Shown here piece after piece: positions 1-8,777 of a stretch of DNA of 64,000 nucleotides; position 1 is the stretch's first letter, and every line of letters begins with the position of its first letter. Made by a program: the position numbers and the translations under genes. The DNA comes from Victivallaceae bacterium (lineage in GTDB: Bacteria > Verrucomicrobiota > Lentisphaeria > Victivallales > Victivallaceae), in assembly GCA_031548025.1 (NCBI GenBank), contig JAVBRM010000023.1, positions 70,362 through 134,361 on the forward strand, in the 5' to 3' direction. The notes beneath the pieces are model-generated. The model had not been told where the DNA came from. It made no database searches and saw only the letters and a list, made by a program, of their open reading frames with translations.

Positions 1-589
1 TGTGCCGCTGGGTGGTTTCGACGATGTTGCCCGTATAGAGCCCACGGCGGGTTTGCCCGAAAATATTGACGGTACGTTTTTCTGTAGCATCCGGGGGCAG
101 AGCGATTTCGCTTTGAATCCACGGCGAGAGTTTCCCGGTCTGGTGCCCGGCAGCAATTTCCAGAGCCGCGCGCAACCGGGATTCGCCTTTTTTCAAACTG
201 TACCGCCAACTCAACTGCATATCTTTGGCCGCCCCGCCGGTGGCGGTGGCGCGCGCCATTATTACGGCTTCCGTGCCGGGCTGAACCATGCTTTCCAGGT
301 TGAATTCGGTATGGTAAAGAGTGGTATCGCGGGGCGTTTCGATGATTTTCAACCGGAACATTCCATTCGCCGCGCCTCCCTGGGTGGTGTATTCGCGTTG
401 ATTGCGCTTGTCGATAAGCGAAATGAGCTTACCGCCGGCCGGCGCGACCACTGCACGAATGAATTCGTTTTCCAGATAATAAGTGCCGTCGGCGTTTTTA
501 CCCGCGCCCACGTCGTCAGCGACGACACCGCATAGCCCCAAGGTGAAGATCAGTGACAGTATTGAATAACGGAAAAGTACGGATAACAT
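1..589 (-). CDS. hypothetical secreted protein, N-terminal part (gene runs off the left edge of the window)
   Basis: Absent from the ORF track because it has no in-window stop. Reverse-strand ATG at 589-587 has AAGGA 7 nt upstream. The translation MLSVLFRYSILSLIFTLGLCGVVADDVGAGKNADGTYYLENEFIRAVVAPAGGKL... looks like a signal peptide and stays open to position 2. It lies 19 nt downstream of the pilin-like gene on the same strand. Track ORF 2-535 (+) is its antisense shadow. Confidence 0.6.
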   Translation of the reverse strand, partial: MLSVLFRYSILSLIFTLGLCGVVADDVGAGKNADGTYYLENEFIRAVVAPAGGKLISLIDKRNQREYTTQGGAANGMFRLKIIETPRDTTLYHTEFNLESMVQPGTEAVIMARATATGGAAKDMQLSWRYSLKKGESRLRAALEIAAGHQTGKLSPWIQSEIALPPDATEKRTVNIFGQTRRGLYTGNIVETTQRH

Positions 590-608
590 TTCTTAATCCT
601 TCGTTTTT

Positions 609-1343
609 TTATTGAATCAGCCAACCGTTTTTGGTGCTAATATTGGTCGTACCCACTCTTAGCAAGGGAACCGAGCTGGTTATCGAGGTTTGCCCGAGCA
701 TGAATTCCATGAACATCACGCTACCGGCGTGGCCATCCAGAAACAAAATGTTGGAGACACCGCCCCGGTTGGGCATGGAGGCGGAACCGGGATCGTACTC
801 GCGGCCGTCTCCGGCGCCATGCCGGAAACTTGCATTATTGGCATAAGCGACCGAAAAGCCCGCTTTTTGCTGGTTATCCAGAATCAGGCGTACCTGCGTG
901 GGACTTTCGTAAGCCGCGCGTTTGTGCATATAACCGCGCGAGTCATTTTTTTTGTAGCCCATGACATAGGTGTTGATACCGTAATGCGTGTAACGGAACT
1001 TGCCGCTCTCCAGCGTCCCAAAGCCGCTGCTTTCGCCGGGACAGCTGAAAAGTGTAGCGTCTTTTTCCAACAGAAAACTGTTGCCATGATTGCCGTCGCT
1101 CAAAATTTGAAACCAATAGGTTTTATCATCGGCTTGCCGCGCGGGCGGCAGCCAGTCGCTATAGTCGTCGGCATACATGTTGGTCGAACCTCCGAGCTGT
1201 TTCAAATTGCTCAGACAACCAACGGATTTGGCCTTCCCACGCGCCTTGTTCAGCGCCGGCAGCAACAGTGCAGCGAGAATTGCAATAATCGCGACAACCA
1301 CCAGCAACTCAATAAGCGTAAAATTATTCCGCTTCGTTTTCAT
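609..1343 (-). CDS. prepilin-type N-terminal cleavage/methylation domain protein, DUF1559 / H-X9-DG family (pseudopilin-like)
   Basis: N-terminus [51 protein letters not shown] is a short basic leader plus the pilin hydrophobic helix. The C-terminal ...[16 protein letters not shown] is the DG-H end of the H-X9-DG signature. Confidence 0.9.
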   Translation of the reverse strand: MKTKRNNFTLIELLVVVAIIAILAALLLPALNKARGKAKSVGCLSNLKQLGGSTNMYADDYSDWLPPARQADDKTYWFQILSDGNHGNSFLLEKDATLFSCPGESSGFGTLESGKFRYTHYGINTYVMGYKKNDSRGYMHKRAAYESPTQVRLILDNQQKAGFSVAYANNASFRHGAGDGREYDPGSASMPNRGGVSNILFLDGHAGSVMFMEFMLGQTSITSSVPLLRVGTTNISTKNGWLIQ

Positions 1344-1370
1344 CCAGCCTCCTGTGATTAGAATGTTTCA

Positions 1371-2453
1371 TCATAAAACCTCCGCCAATTCTTTTACTTC
1401 GACCAACTCCGGAGAAAAGATTTTCCGGCGGTACTGCGCCGGATCGCCAGTCTGCGAATCAATCGCGATATCCACCGCCGCTTTTCCCATAGCATCCAGC
1501 GGCGAACGCAAAAAAGTGATTCCGCTGCAATCCGGTAAATCCATGCAACTGATGATCTCCGGCGGCTTTCCTCCGGCCTGGCGAGCTACCGCCTGAACTC
1601 CAAGCGCGGTCACCGGGTTCAGGGCAAAAAACGCATCCGGAGCCTTGGACATTCCCCAAAGCTCCAAAGCTGCTTCAATCCCGTCTTCACGGCTCTGGGT
1701 CCCCTCATGGAAAACAAGTTCCTGGCCGCTTTCCCGGCAGAAATCAATTGCGCTTTCCCGGAAAACATGATTCCCGTAAATGACTGCGCCACCGCCGTTA
1801 CCGACTTTTTCCGCCAGAATCGCAATCCGACGACACCCCTTGTCCCGGAGATAACTCAACCCCATCCGCGCCGCCGCCTCGTAATCGTAACGGACATGAT
1901 TGACCCGCACCCCACGATATTCATTGAACGCGCAAAACGGTATTTTATTCTGTTTCAACCAAGCGAGATCGGCATCGTTGAGCGCCGAAGTCGCAATCAT
2001 GGCCGCCGGAAATTCGCGCGGCAACAATTGTTCCAGCGGCAAAGCGTCCGACTCCTCGCGCTTACCGGTAGCATAGAGATGATAGTGATAGCCGAGTTCA
2101 TTGATCCGGCTCTCCATCGCTTCCAACAACGCTCCGAAAGCCGGTTGGGTAACGAAACCCATATTGGAAAACATGATCCCAACCGTGCCTTTTTTCGCCT
2201 CCGGGCTTTCCACCCGGAGAGATTTCAGGAAGGTTCCCCTTCCCTGCAGACGCACCAGAATGCCTTCCCGTTCCAAATCCGCCAAAGCCCGCCGGACCGT
2301 GCGGATCGAAACTTCGGATACCGCGCAAAAATCATTTTCCGAGGGAATCCGGTCACCGATCCGAAAATTATGCTCCCGCAGATATTGCAGAATAAATTCC
2401 CGCATCTGCCGGAAAAGAGGTTCATTGCTGGCTTCGGCCGTAAATTTTTTCAT
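1371..2453 (-). CDS. GntR-family transcriptional regulator with LacI-type periplasmic-binding-protein-like sugar-sensing domain
   Basis: Winged-helix segment FRQMREFILQYLREHNFRIGDRIPSENDFCAVSEVSIRTVRRALADLEREGILVRLQGRGTFL is followed by a roughly 280-aa PBP-like domain. The start is set at ATG 2453 (alternative 2468) because a consensus promoter (2490-2518) lies inside the track's 5' extension to 2525. Confidence 0.85.
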   Translation of the reverse strand: MKKFTAEASNEPLFRQMREFILQYLREHNFRIGDRIPSENDFCAVSEVSIRTVRRALADLEREGILVRLQGRGTFLKSLRVESPEAKKGTVGIMFSNMGFVTQPAFGALLEAMESRINELGYHYHLYATGKREESDALPLEQLLPREFPAAMIATSALNDADLAWLKQNKIPFCAFNEYRGVRVNHVRYDYEAAARMGLSYLRDKGCRRIAILAEKVGNGGGAVIYGNHVFRESAIDFCRESGQELVFHEGTQSREDGIEAALELWGMSKAPDAFFALNPVTALGVQAVARQAGGKPPEIISCMDLPDCSGITFLRSPLDAMGKAAVDIAIDSQTGDPAQYRRKIFSPELVEVKELAEVL

Positions 2454-2489
2454 AATCCTGACTCTCATTACACTTCTAACACTCCTTAC

Positions 2490-2518
2490 ATTATAACACC
2501 GGCCAATAATTTTGTCAA
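2490..2518 (-). promoter_or_regulatory. sigma70-type promoter, perfect consensus TTGACA-17-TATAAT
   Basis: The reverse strand reads TTGACA (2518-2513) aaattattggccggtgt TATAAT (2495-2490). It is placed about 30-40 nt upstream of the GntR-family start codon. Confidence 0.7.
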
Positions 2519-2549
2519 GAGCCATGCCGGGAAAAAATTCAGAAAAGAA

Positions 2550-2608
2550 AAAGAAAACGTTTGCTTTTTCATCCAGTGACGTTATAATAGAATAAAGAAA
2601 ACGTTTGT
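2550..2608 (+). promoter_or_regulatory. putative promoter with two LacI-type operator repeats upstream of the LacI-family gene
   Basis: AAAGAAAACGTTTG occurs twice (2550-2563 and 2594-2607), with a core 8-bp CG-centred palindrome AAACGTTT. TTGCTT (2561-2566), a 16-nt spacer and TATAAT (2583-2588) lie between them, so one repeat overlaps the -35 and the other sits just past the expected +1. Confidence 0.5.
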
Positions 2609-2632
2609 TTTTGTTAATTTGAGGTGATTTTG

Positions 2633-3601
2633 ATGGTTAAGTTGGCAGAGATTGCGGAAAAAACCGGATTTTCGATTCCGGTGGTGTCGCGGGTGTTGAG
2701 TCCGCGGCCGGACAGCAATGCCAAAATTGCTCCGAAAACCCGTCAGTTGATCCAGGAAACCGCCGAGCGGATGGGTTACCGTCCCAACCGCAATGCCGAA
2801 TTTCTCAAACGCGGCCAGAATCCCGTCATCGGAGTTTTTCTGCCGCTTTACCGCAATGGTTTGATCGTGGATCTGGTGATGGGGATTTCCAAAGCCGCGC
2901 AGGAGCGGGGATTCCCGGTATCCTTTGTTTTCGAAACGAACTTCGAGAGTTACCGGAAGTTCATCGGGGAAACTCAGGGGCAGCAGAATTGCGGGATCAT
3001 CACGTATCCGCACTTCAAATTCGACTTGGAAGCCACCGAACTGATTACCGGTTTCAGCGACAAAGGCGGCAAGGTCGTGATGATTGAGCCGGAGCATTTC
3101 CTGCCGCAGATTCCCCATGTCGAGCTGGACAGTTTTTATGGCGGCCAGATCGCCGCGGAACGTTTGTTGGCGGTCGGCTGCGAAGAATTCATCAATATGC
3201 GGGGGATCCCGGCCCGGACGGAAGGTTTTTGTTCGGTACTGGAAAAATCCGGCAAATCTCCGTTGTTTTTCAATGACTCCCAGGAAAATTATCTGAAAAT
3301 TCTAAGCATCTGCCGGGAGTCCTCCCGGACCATCGGTATTTTCTGCAACACGGACCGCATGGCGATAAGGGTTCATAACATATTATTGCGCAACGGCATA
3401 GTGCCGGGGGAACGTATCAAGCTGATCGGCTACGACAATCTTTCGGCGACCGAACATATGTCGCCGGCCCTGACGACGGTCCATCAACCTTTTATGGAGG
3501 TAGGAATATTGGCCGTGGAGAAACTGGTCGATCTCATATATGGGCAGCCGGTGGAATCCGCGATTATAAAGCCCGCTCTCATTATCCGGGAAACCGCTTA
3601 A
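2633..3601 (+). CDS. LacI-family transcriptional regulator
   Basis: MVKLAEIAEKTGFSIPVVSRVLS...KTRQLIQETAERMGYRPNRNA is the LacI HTH, followed by a PBP-type effector domain. ATG 2633 sits 8 nt after GAGG; the track start 2624 is a GTG within the SD region. Confidence 0.9.
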   Translation: MVKLAEIAEKTGFSIPVVSRVLSPRPDSNAKIAPKTRQLIQETAERMGYRPNRNAEFLKRGQNPVIGVFLPLYRNGLIVDLVMGISKAAQERGFPVSFVFETNFESYRKFIGETQGQQNCGIITYPHFKFDLEATELITGFSDKGGKVVMIEPEHFLPQIPHVELDSFYGGQIAAERLLAVGCEEFINMRGIPARTEGFCSVLEKSGKSPLFFNDSQENYLKILSICRESSRTIGIFCNTDRMAIRVHNILLRNGIVPGERIKLIGYDNLSATEHMSPALTTVHQPFMEVGILAVEKLVDLIYGQPVESAIIKPALIIRETA

Positions 3602-3610
3602 AGTATAAGG

Positions 3611-4324
3611 ATGAAAAACATGAAAAAGAAAAATTTTACACTCATTGAGTTGCTCGTAGTCATCGCGATTATCGCAATTCTCGCCGCCATGCTGTTGCCG
3701 GCCCTGAACAAAGCCCGCGAAACCGCCAGGGCCTCTCAATGCCTCAATAACATCAAACAAATCAACCTGGCCTCCAATCTGTATCTGGCGGACTGGGAGC
3801 ACTATATGCCGCATTCGTACAGCGGCAGCTCAAGTGTCGCCTGGAACGGCAAAACCTGGAAGGCCGGCTATCCGGATTGGTCGGCTTTGCTCAGTGAGCT
3901 GAACTACCTGAAACCTTCGCAGAATCAACAATATCCGACAACCGGACCATATGCCTGTCCGGAATACCTGAACCAGAAAAGTTGCCTCAGCGGCGATCTG
4001 GCCCAGGCAGCGGCTTATTCCAGCGGTTACTATCCAAGTTATGTTTACAATGCCTGGTATACCACCACATTTCCGACTTACCCGGAGCGGCGGGGTATAG
4101 CCGGTCAGAAAACATCCGACCTCAAATATCCCGCAAGCACCACCAGCTTATGCGACGGCGATTATAGTTATATCTCCGATATCTCTTATAAGAAACGTAC
4201 CGCCCGCAGACACCGTAACAACCTGAATGTCGGTTTTGCTGACGGCCACGCGGAAAATCTTACCACTATATTCTTTACCACCACCTGGAAAGAACCCCTT
4301 TGGTGTGTGGGAGAAAAACCCTGA
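3611..4324 (+). CDS. prepilin-type N-terminal cleavage/methylation domain protein, DUF1559 / H-X9-DG family
   Basis: [51 protein letters not shown] at the N-terminus. The C-terminal [13 protein letters not shown] fits H-X9-DG exactly. The gene starts 10 nt after the LacI stop. Confidence 0.9.
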   Translation: MKNMKKKNFTLIELLVVIAIIAILAAMLLPALNKARETARASQCLNNIKQINLASNLYLADWEHYMPHSYSGSSSVAWNGKTWKAGYPDWSALLSELNYLKPSQNQQYPTTGPYACPEYLNQKSCLSGDLAQAAAYSSGYYPSYVYNAWYTTTFPTYPERRGIAGQKTSDLKYPASTTSLCDGDYSYISDISYKKRTARRHRNNLNVGFADGHAENLTTIFFTTTWKEPLWCVGEKP

Positions 4325-4335
4325 AAGGAAATATC

Positions 4336-7300
4336 ATGAAAAAATTATTATTCATTCTGGCCGCCGTTTTGGCCTCATCGATCCTGGCGGAAAACCTGAT
4401 TCCAAATCCGCAATTCATCAGCTCGCAGAAGAACATTCCCGATCAATGGCAGGTCGGAGACCGCTTCCCGTTGGCAAACCGGAATATCATTCCCGGTGAA
4501 GGCGGCATGAATATTTTCGAAATTTCCGACGATGCCACGGTATACAGTTACGCCCTGACGGTGAGTGTCACGTTGGATTCTTACAAAAGCTACGAATTCA
4601 GCATCGAGCAAAAGACCGAAAACGTCAATAACGCGGCGATCTATTATTACTGGCTCGACCCGAATAACAAAGCCTCCAAGGAGAAATTCATCAGCAAAAC
4701 CAGCGGCAACAGCGACTGGCAGACGATCAAATGCACGCTCACCGCTGCGGACGCCGAAAACACCAAAGGAATTCGGATCTGCCTGGCCGTGTATCCCGAC
4801 AAAAACGGCGTAGTCAAAGGCAAAGTATTTTTTCGTAACCCGCAATTGAAAGTCATTTCGGCGGAAGCGGCCCAAGCCGCGGTCAAAGCTCCGCCGAAAA
4901 AACAGGCGCCGCAAGAGTTGAGCGTCCTGTCGTTTCCGGGGCGGCTCACCGCCAAACCGGCACTGGTGGAACTGAACGCCGGGCGCGGCGAAGTCGAGTT
5001 CCTCGACTTGACTACCAATCATAATTATCAAGGCGACCTCCGGGTATATGTCACCATGCCGGAAGACGTGGCTACTGAATTTTACATGATGAAAAACAAC
5101 CAGGGCGCCTGCCTGCAGGTCAAACCGGAATCCGAAAGCCGGAACGCCGGAAATATCGAGCGGAAATACTCTCTGGACAAGTCCTGGAATTTCCATGCCC
5201 TCGGCAATGGAATACTATTCAAAACCGAGGACGCCACGGCGGAAAAATTTGACATTCAGGTGCGCATAACCAATGCCGAAGGCAAAGAACTGGTTCGGAT
5301 GACCGCACCGATCCGCCTGATCCCGTCGGTAACGGCTGATTGTTCGAATATGTCCGGCTTCGAGTCTTACTCGTGGTATCTGTACCCGATCCAGCGGATC
5401 GATACCGCCGCCCCCGCGAACAAGCTGGCGGCAGAGCTCAAAGAACGTTGGGTCAAGTCCGGGTTCAGCATGAAAAAAGCTTCCCCGCTCCATGCGTTTC
5501 CCTTTACCATGTCCCGATACATCGACAAGGATTCGCCGGGGCTCTATGCCGCGCTTGAAGTCGGCGGCGGCAAATCACAGTTGACCTGTCCGACCGTCGC
5601 CGCCCGTGCCGGAACCGCCGCAGTGGTCGAATGGTTCAAAAAGAAAAACATGGTACAAAATTTTGCCGCCCCCAACTACTGGGGAATATTCGATTATGAA
5701 CCATACTGTTTCTCCTGGACCACGGGAAGCTGTTTCTGCCCGGATTGCCGCCAGGAATTCATGAAATCCATCAAGCTGGACGGAGCGACACTGGAGCCCA
5801 AAGAAATCCTCGGCAAACACCAGAAACAATGGACGCAATTCGTCTGTCGCCAACGCGCCGAAGTGATGCGGATGATTTTCGCCGCGATTAAGCAGGTCAA
5901 TCCACAGGCCACGAACTCATTCTGTTCCATGCCGCAGCCGGGTTATGATGAAAATCAGGATCTGTATTATCAGGAATACGGCATCGACGCCAGACTTTAC
6001 GACGACTTCACCGACACCCATTGCCCGATGAATTACGATACTTCGCTGCGTTTCTTCACCCGCCTGGAAACAACCCAGCAACAGGTAACGAAACCGCATA
6101 TCCCGATCCTCTCCACCGGTTGGGGCCCGCAAACGAATTTTCACCCGGAACGCTACCGTTTGCATGTGATGGCGGCCGGCTTGCTGGGCTGCCCCGCCGT
6201 GTATACGTATCGTGGATTGATGGGCATGCACGGCGACTGGCAGAATGCTCACCGCAACGCCTTGCTGGCGCTCGGCAAACTGAACCAATACCGCCAACTG
6301 GCGAATATCTATCATCCGCAAAAAGAACAATATTACCGCGAAGCTTATGCGGCGAAAGACAATTTGTATGTGATCGCGAAAAAACAACACGACGACATTG
6401 CGCTTTTTCTCTTCAACAATCATCAGTACGAGACGATTTACGCTACGCTCACGCCCTCGGGAAACTTGAAGTCCTTGCGCAACCTGCTGGATGATACCTT
6501 GTTTTCCCCAGACGGTACTCGAAAAACTTACACCACGGAAGAATTAAAAAATGGCGTCATGGTCAGGATTCCGCCGTTGACCATGCTGCCGCTGGAATTC
6601 AGTTCTCGCGAATTCGCCTCCGCGCTGATTGTGGTCAATACCGGCGAAACCGCCAAACAGGAAGCCGGGCTGCAGCAGACCGCCCGCAATCTTTTCAAAC
6701 CTCATAAGCAGAATGGCATGAGTACCGGCTTGAAAACCGTTGACGGCAAAACATATTTCACCTTGACTACTCCGGCTCAGGAATTACAGGTCGACCTGGG
6801 AACCGGGGCCACCGCCCGTTGGTTCGCCAACAATAAACCGGTGGTCGACAAGCTCGGTAATGACTGCCTGATCGCCCCCTCGACTTTGTGGCTGAATACC
6901 CAACCGGCGGAGCTGGCCGGCACCGATTTCACGGCGGACGGCGTCAGCGCCACATTCCGGTTCAAACTGAACGACATGCCGTACACCGGGCTGACGGTGG
7001 AAAAAATCTACCGGATACTTCGCGACAAGCCGATAATCGAGGTCAAAGTCAACGTATTACCGCATGGCGGCTACCGTCAGTTCACCTATCGTGCGAATTT
7101 GGTTCTTGGAATCGGAAAATCAACCGTTGAGCCGCCTTATTCCGCGAGTATCGGATATTTGGTTCCACAACAGGGCAAACTGCAAAATACCCAGCAGACC
7201 GGTTTTGCCAAAGAAGGAGCGAAAACCCACTTGAGCAAGGATACCGGCAAGTGGGACGGCAGTTACTGGCTCGCCGCCAACCGCGTGAGCGGCGAACAAT

Positions 7301-7464
7301 TGCGAGCCGACATCGGCGAACGCCCGGTCGAATTGTATTCATGGCTCAAGAACAATACCGCCACCATGGAATGGGTCTATCCCGATGCTTACCCCGACAA
7401 TGATCCGCACAAAGTCGCGGATTGGAGCGCCTCCTATACCCTCGAATACAAGGAAAAACCGTGA
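4336..7464 (+). CDS. secreted 1042-aa protein with N-terminal CBM-like module (putative glycan-active enzyme, family not assignable by eye)
   Basis: ATG 4336 with AAAGGA 6 nt upstream gives the signal peptide MKKLLFILAAVLASSILA/ENL; the track start 4300 lies inside the upstream gene. The ENLIPNPQF...W pattern is typical of CBM4_9-like modules. An internal GSCFCPDCRQEF Cys cluster resembles the one in the DUF4838-type protein at 51510-53468. Confidence 0.8.
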   Translation: MKKLLFILAAVLASSILAENLIPNPQFISSQKNIPDQWQVGDRFPLANRNIIPGEGGMNIFEISDDATVYSYALTVSVTLDSYKSYEFSIEQKTENVNNAAIYYYWLDPNNKASKEKFISKTSGNSDWQTIKCTLTAADAENTKGIRICLAVYPDKNGVVKGKVFFRNPQLKVISAEAAQAAVKAPPKKQAPQELSVLSFPGRLTAKPALVELNAGRGEVEFLDLTTNHNYQGDLRVYVTMPEDVATEFYMMKNNQGACLQVKPESESRNAGNIERKYSLDKSWNFHALGNGILFKTEDATAEKFDIQVRITNAEGKELVRMTAPIRLIPSVTADCSNMSGFESYSWYLYPIQRIDTAAPANKLAAELKERWVKSGFSMKKASPLHAFPFTMSRYIDKDSPGLYAALEVGGGKSQLTCPTVAARAGTAAVVEWFKKKNMVQNFAAPNYWGIFDYEPYCFSWTTGSCFCPDCRQEFMKSIKLDGATLEPKEILGKHQKQWTQFVCRQRAEVMRMIFAAIKQVNPQATNSFCSMPQPGYDENQDLYYQEYGIDARLYDDFTDTHCPMNYDTSLRFFTRLETTQQQVTKPHIPILSTGWGPQTNFHPERYRLHVMAAGLLGCPAVYTYRGLMGMHGDWQNAHRNALLALGKLNQYRQLANIYHPQKEQYYREAYAAKDNLYVIAKKQHDDIALFLFNNHQYETIYATLTPSGNLKSLRNLLDDTLFSPDGTRKTYTTEELKNGVMVRIPPLTMLPLEFSSREFASALIVVNTGETAKQEAGLQQTARNLFKPHKQNGMSTGLKTVDGKTYFTLTTPAQELQVDLGTGATARWFANNKPVVDKLGNDCLIAPSTLWLNTQPAELAGTDFTADGVSATFRFKLNDMPYTGLTVEKIYRILRDKPIIEVKVNVLPHGGYRQFTYRANLVLGIGKSTVEPPYSASIGYLVPQQGKLQNTQQTGFAKEGAKTHLSKDTGKWDGSYWLAANRVSGEQLRADIGERPVELYSWLKNNTATMEWVYPDAYPDNDPHKVADWSASYTLEYKEKP

Positions 7465-8777
7465 ATTCATCAATCAATTTCAGTAAGTCAATTCCCCTTG
7501 CGGGTGAGTATGATATCCTGGTTGCCGGTGGCGGCCCGGCCGGTATCGCCGCCGCCGTCACCGCGGCCCGGAACGGCGCCCGTGTCGCCCTCCTCGAGAA
7601 AACCGGATGCCTGGGCGGCATGGGAACCGCCGGGATGGTACCGGCTTTTACCGGCGTTACCGACGGAGAAAACTTCCTCGCCGGAGGTATTGGCAGGGAA
7701 GTATTCGATCTCCTGCGCGAAGCCAACGGTACCGGCCCGGAGAACCCCAACATCATCCGGGCGGAAATCCTGAAACGGATTTACGACAATCTGGTCACGG
7801 TGGCAGGGGTCGAGTTGTCCCTGGAAACCGTGCTTACAGACGTAATCCGCGAGGGTAACAATGTTACTACGGTGATTACCGCTTCCTGCAACGGCTTGGA
7901 AGCTTTCAAAGCGTCGGTTTTCATCGACGCCACCGGCGACGGCACTCTTTCAGCCATGGCCGGAGCTCAATTCGGCCTCGGCGACGAACGGGGGCGAATC
8001 ATGCCCGGCAGTTTGTGCTCACTGTGGAGCAATGTGAACTGGGAAGAATACCGCGCCGCCAAGGTAGCGATTTTCGATATTCTGACCAAAGCATTCGCAG
8101 AAGATGATTTCTTCCAAGTACCGGACTATCATCACACCGGAATGTACCGGACTGGAACAACCGAGGCCACCGCCAACATGGGCCATGTCTTCGGCATGAA
8201 TTCCACCGATCGCGTTTCACTGACCAAGGCTTGGCTCACGGCCCGCCGCCTGCTGCCGGAATTCGAGGTATTTTACCATCGGCGCGTTCCCGGTTTCCAG
8301 AATGCCCAGCTTTCTTCCAGCGGTTCCCTGTTCGGCGTCCGCGAAAGCCGCCGGATTCTGGGCGATTATACCCTGAATTATCAGGATTTCGAAAACCGAG
8401 CCCGGTTTGAAGACGAGATCGGACACTTTGCCTACGGTGTCGACATTCATCCCTACGACCCGTCGCTTGAAGAATTCCGGCGTTTCCAGGCGGAATTCAA
8501 AGATCCCGAGCGGCGCTATAAAAAAGGCGAAAGCTACGGCATTCCCTATCGGATTCTGACCGTAAAAGGATTCGATAACCTGCTCACCGCCGGGCGCTGC
8601 GTCAGCGCCGACAACCGCATGGAAGGCTCGATCCGGGTTATGCCGGGGTGCTTTATCACCGGTCAGGCCGCGGGAATGGCGGCGGTCATGGCCCGGCTAA
8701 ACGGCGGCGGCACCCGCGCGTTTGCCGTTTCAGAACTGCAAAATAATCTGAGAAAACTCGGAGCATATATTAAATGA
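7461..8777 (+). CDS. FAD-dependent oxidoreductase (PF12831-like)
   Basis: Dinucleotide-binding motif YDILVAGGGPAGIAAAVTAARNGARVALLEKTGCLGGMGTAG. A GTG start at 7461 overlaps the upstream stop as GTGA; the track ATG 7422 would overlap the upstream gene by 43 nt. Confidence 0.8.
   Translation: MNSSINFSKSIPLAGEYDILVAGGGPAGIAAAVTAARNGARVALLEKTGCLGGMGTAGMVPAFTGVTDGENFLAGGIGREVFDLLREANGTGPENPNIIRAEILKRIYDNLVTVAGVELSLETVLTDVIREGNNVTTVITASCNGLEAFKASVFIDATGDGTLSAMAGAQFGLGDERGRIMPGSLCSLWSNVNWEEYRAAKVAIFDILTKAFAEDDFFQVPDYHHTGMYRTGTTEATANMGHVFGMNSTDRVSLTKAWLTARRLLPEFEVFYHRRVPGFQNAQLSSSGSLFGVRESRRILGDYTLNYQDFENRARFEDEIGHFAYGVDIHPYDPSLEEFRRFQAEFKDPERRYKKGESYGIPYRILTVKGFDNLLTAGRCVSADNRMEGSIRVMPGCFITGQAAGMAAVMARLNGGGTRAFAVSELQNNLRKLGAYIK

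Noticed and set aside
2-535. 177-aa plus-strand ORF at the left edge
   Set aside because: A minus-strand frame with SD, ATG (589) and a signal-peptide-like N-terminus stays open across the same region. That frame sits in operon position after the pilin-like gene, so the plus ORF is its shadow.
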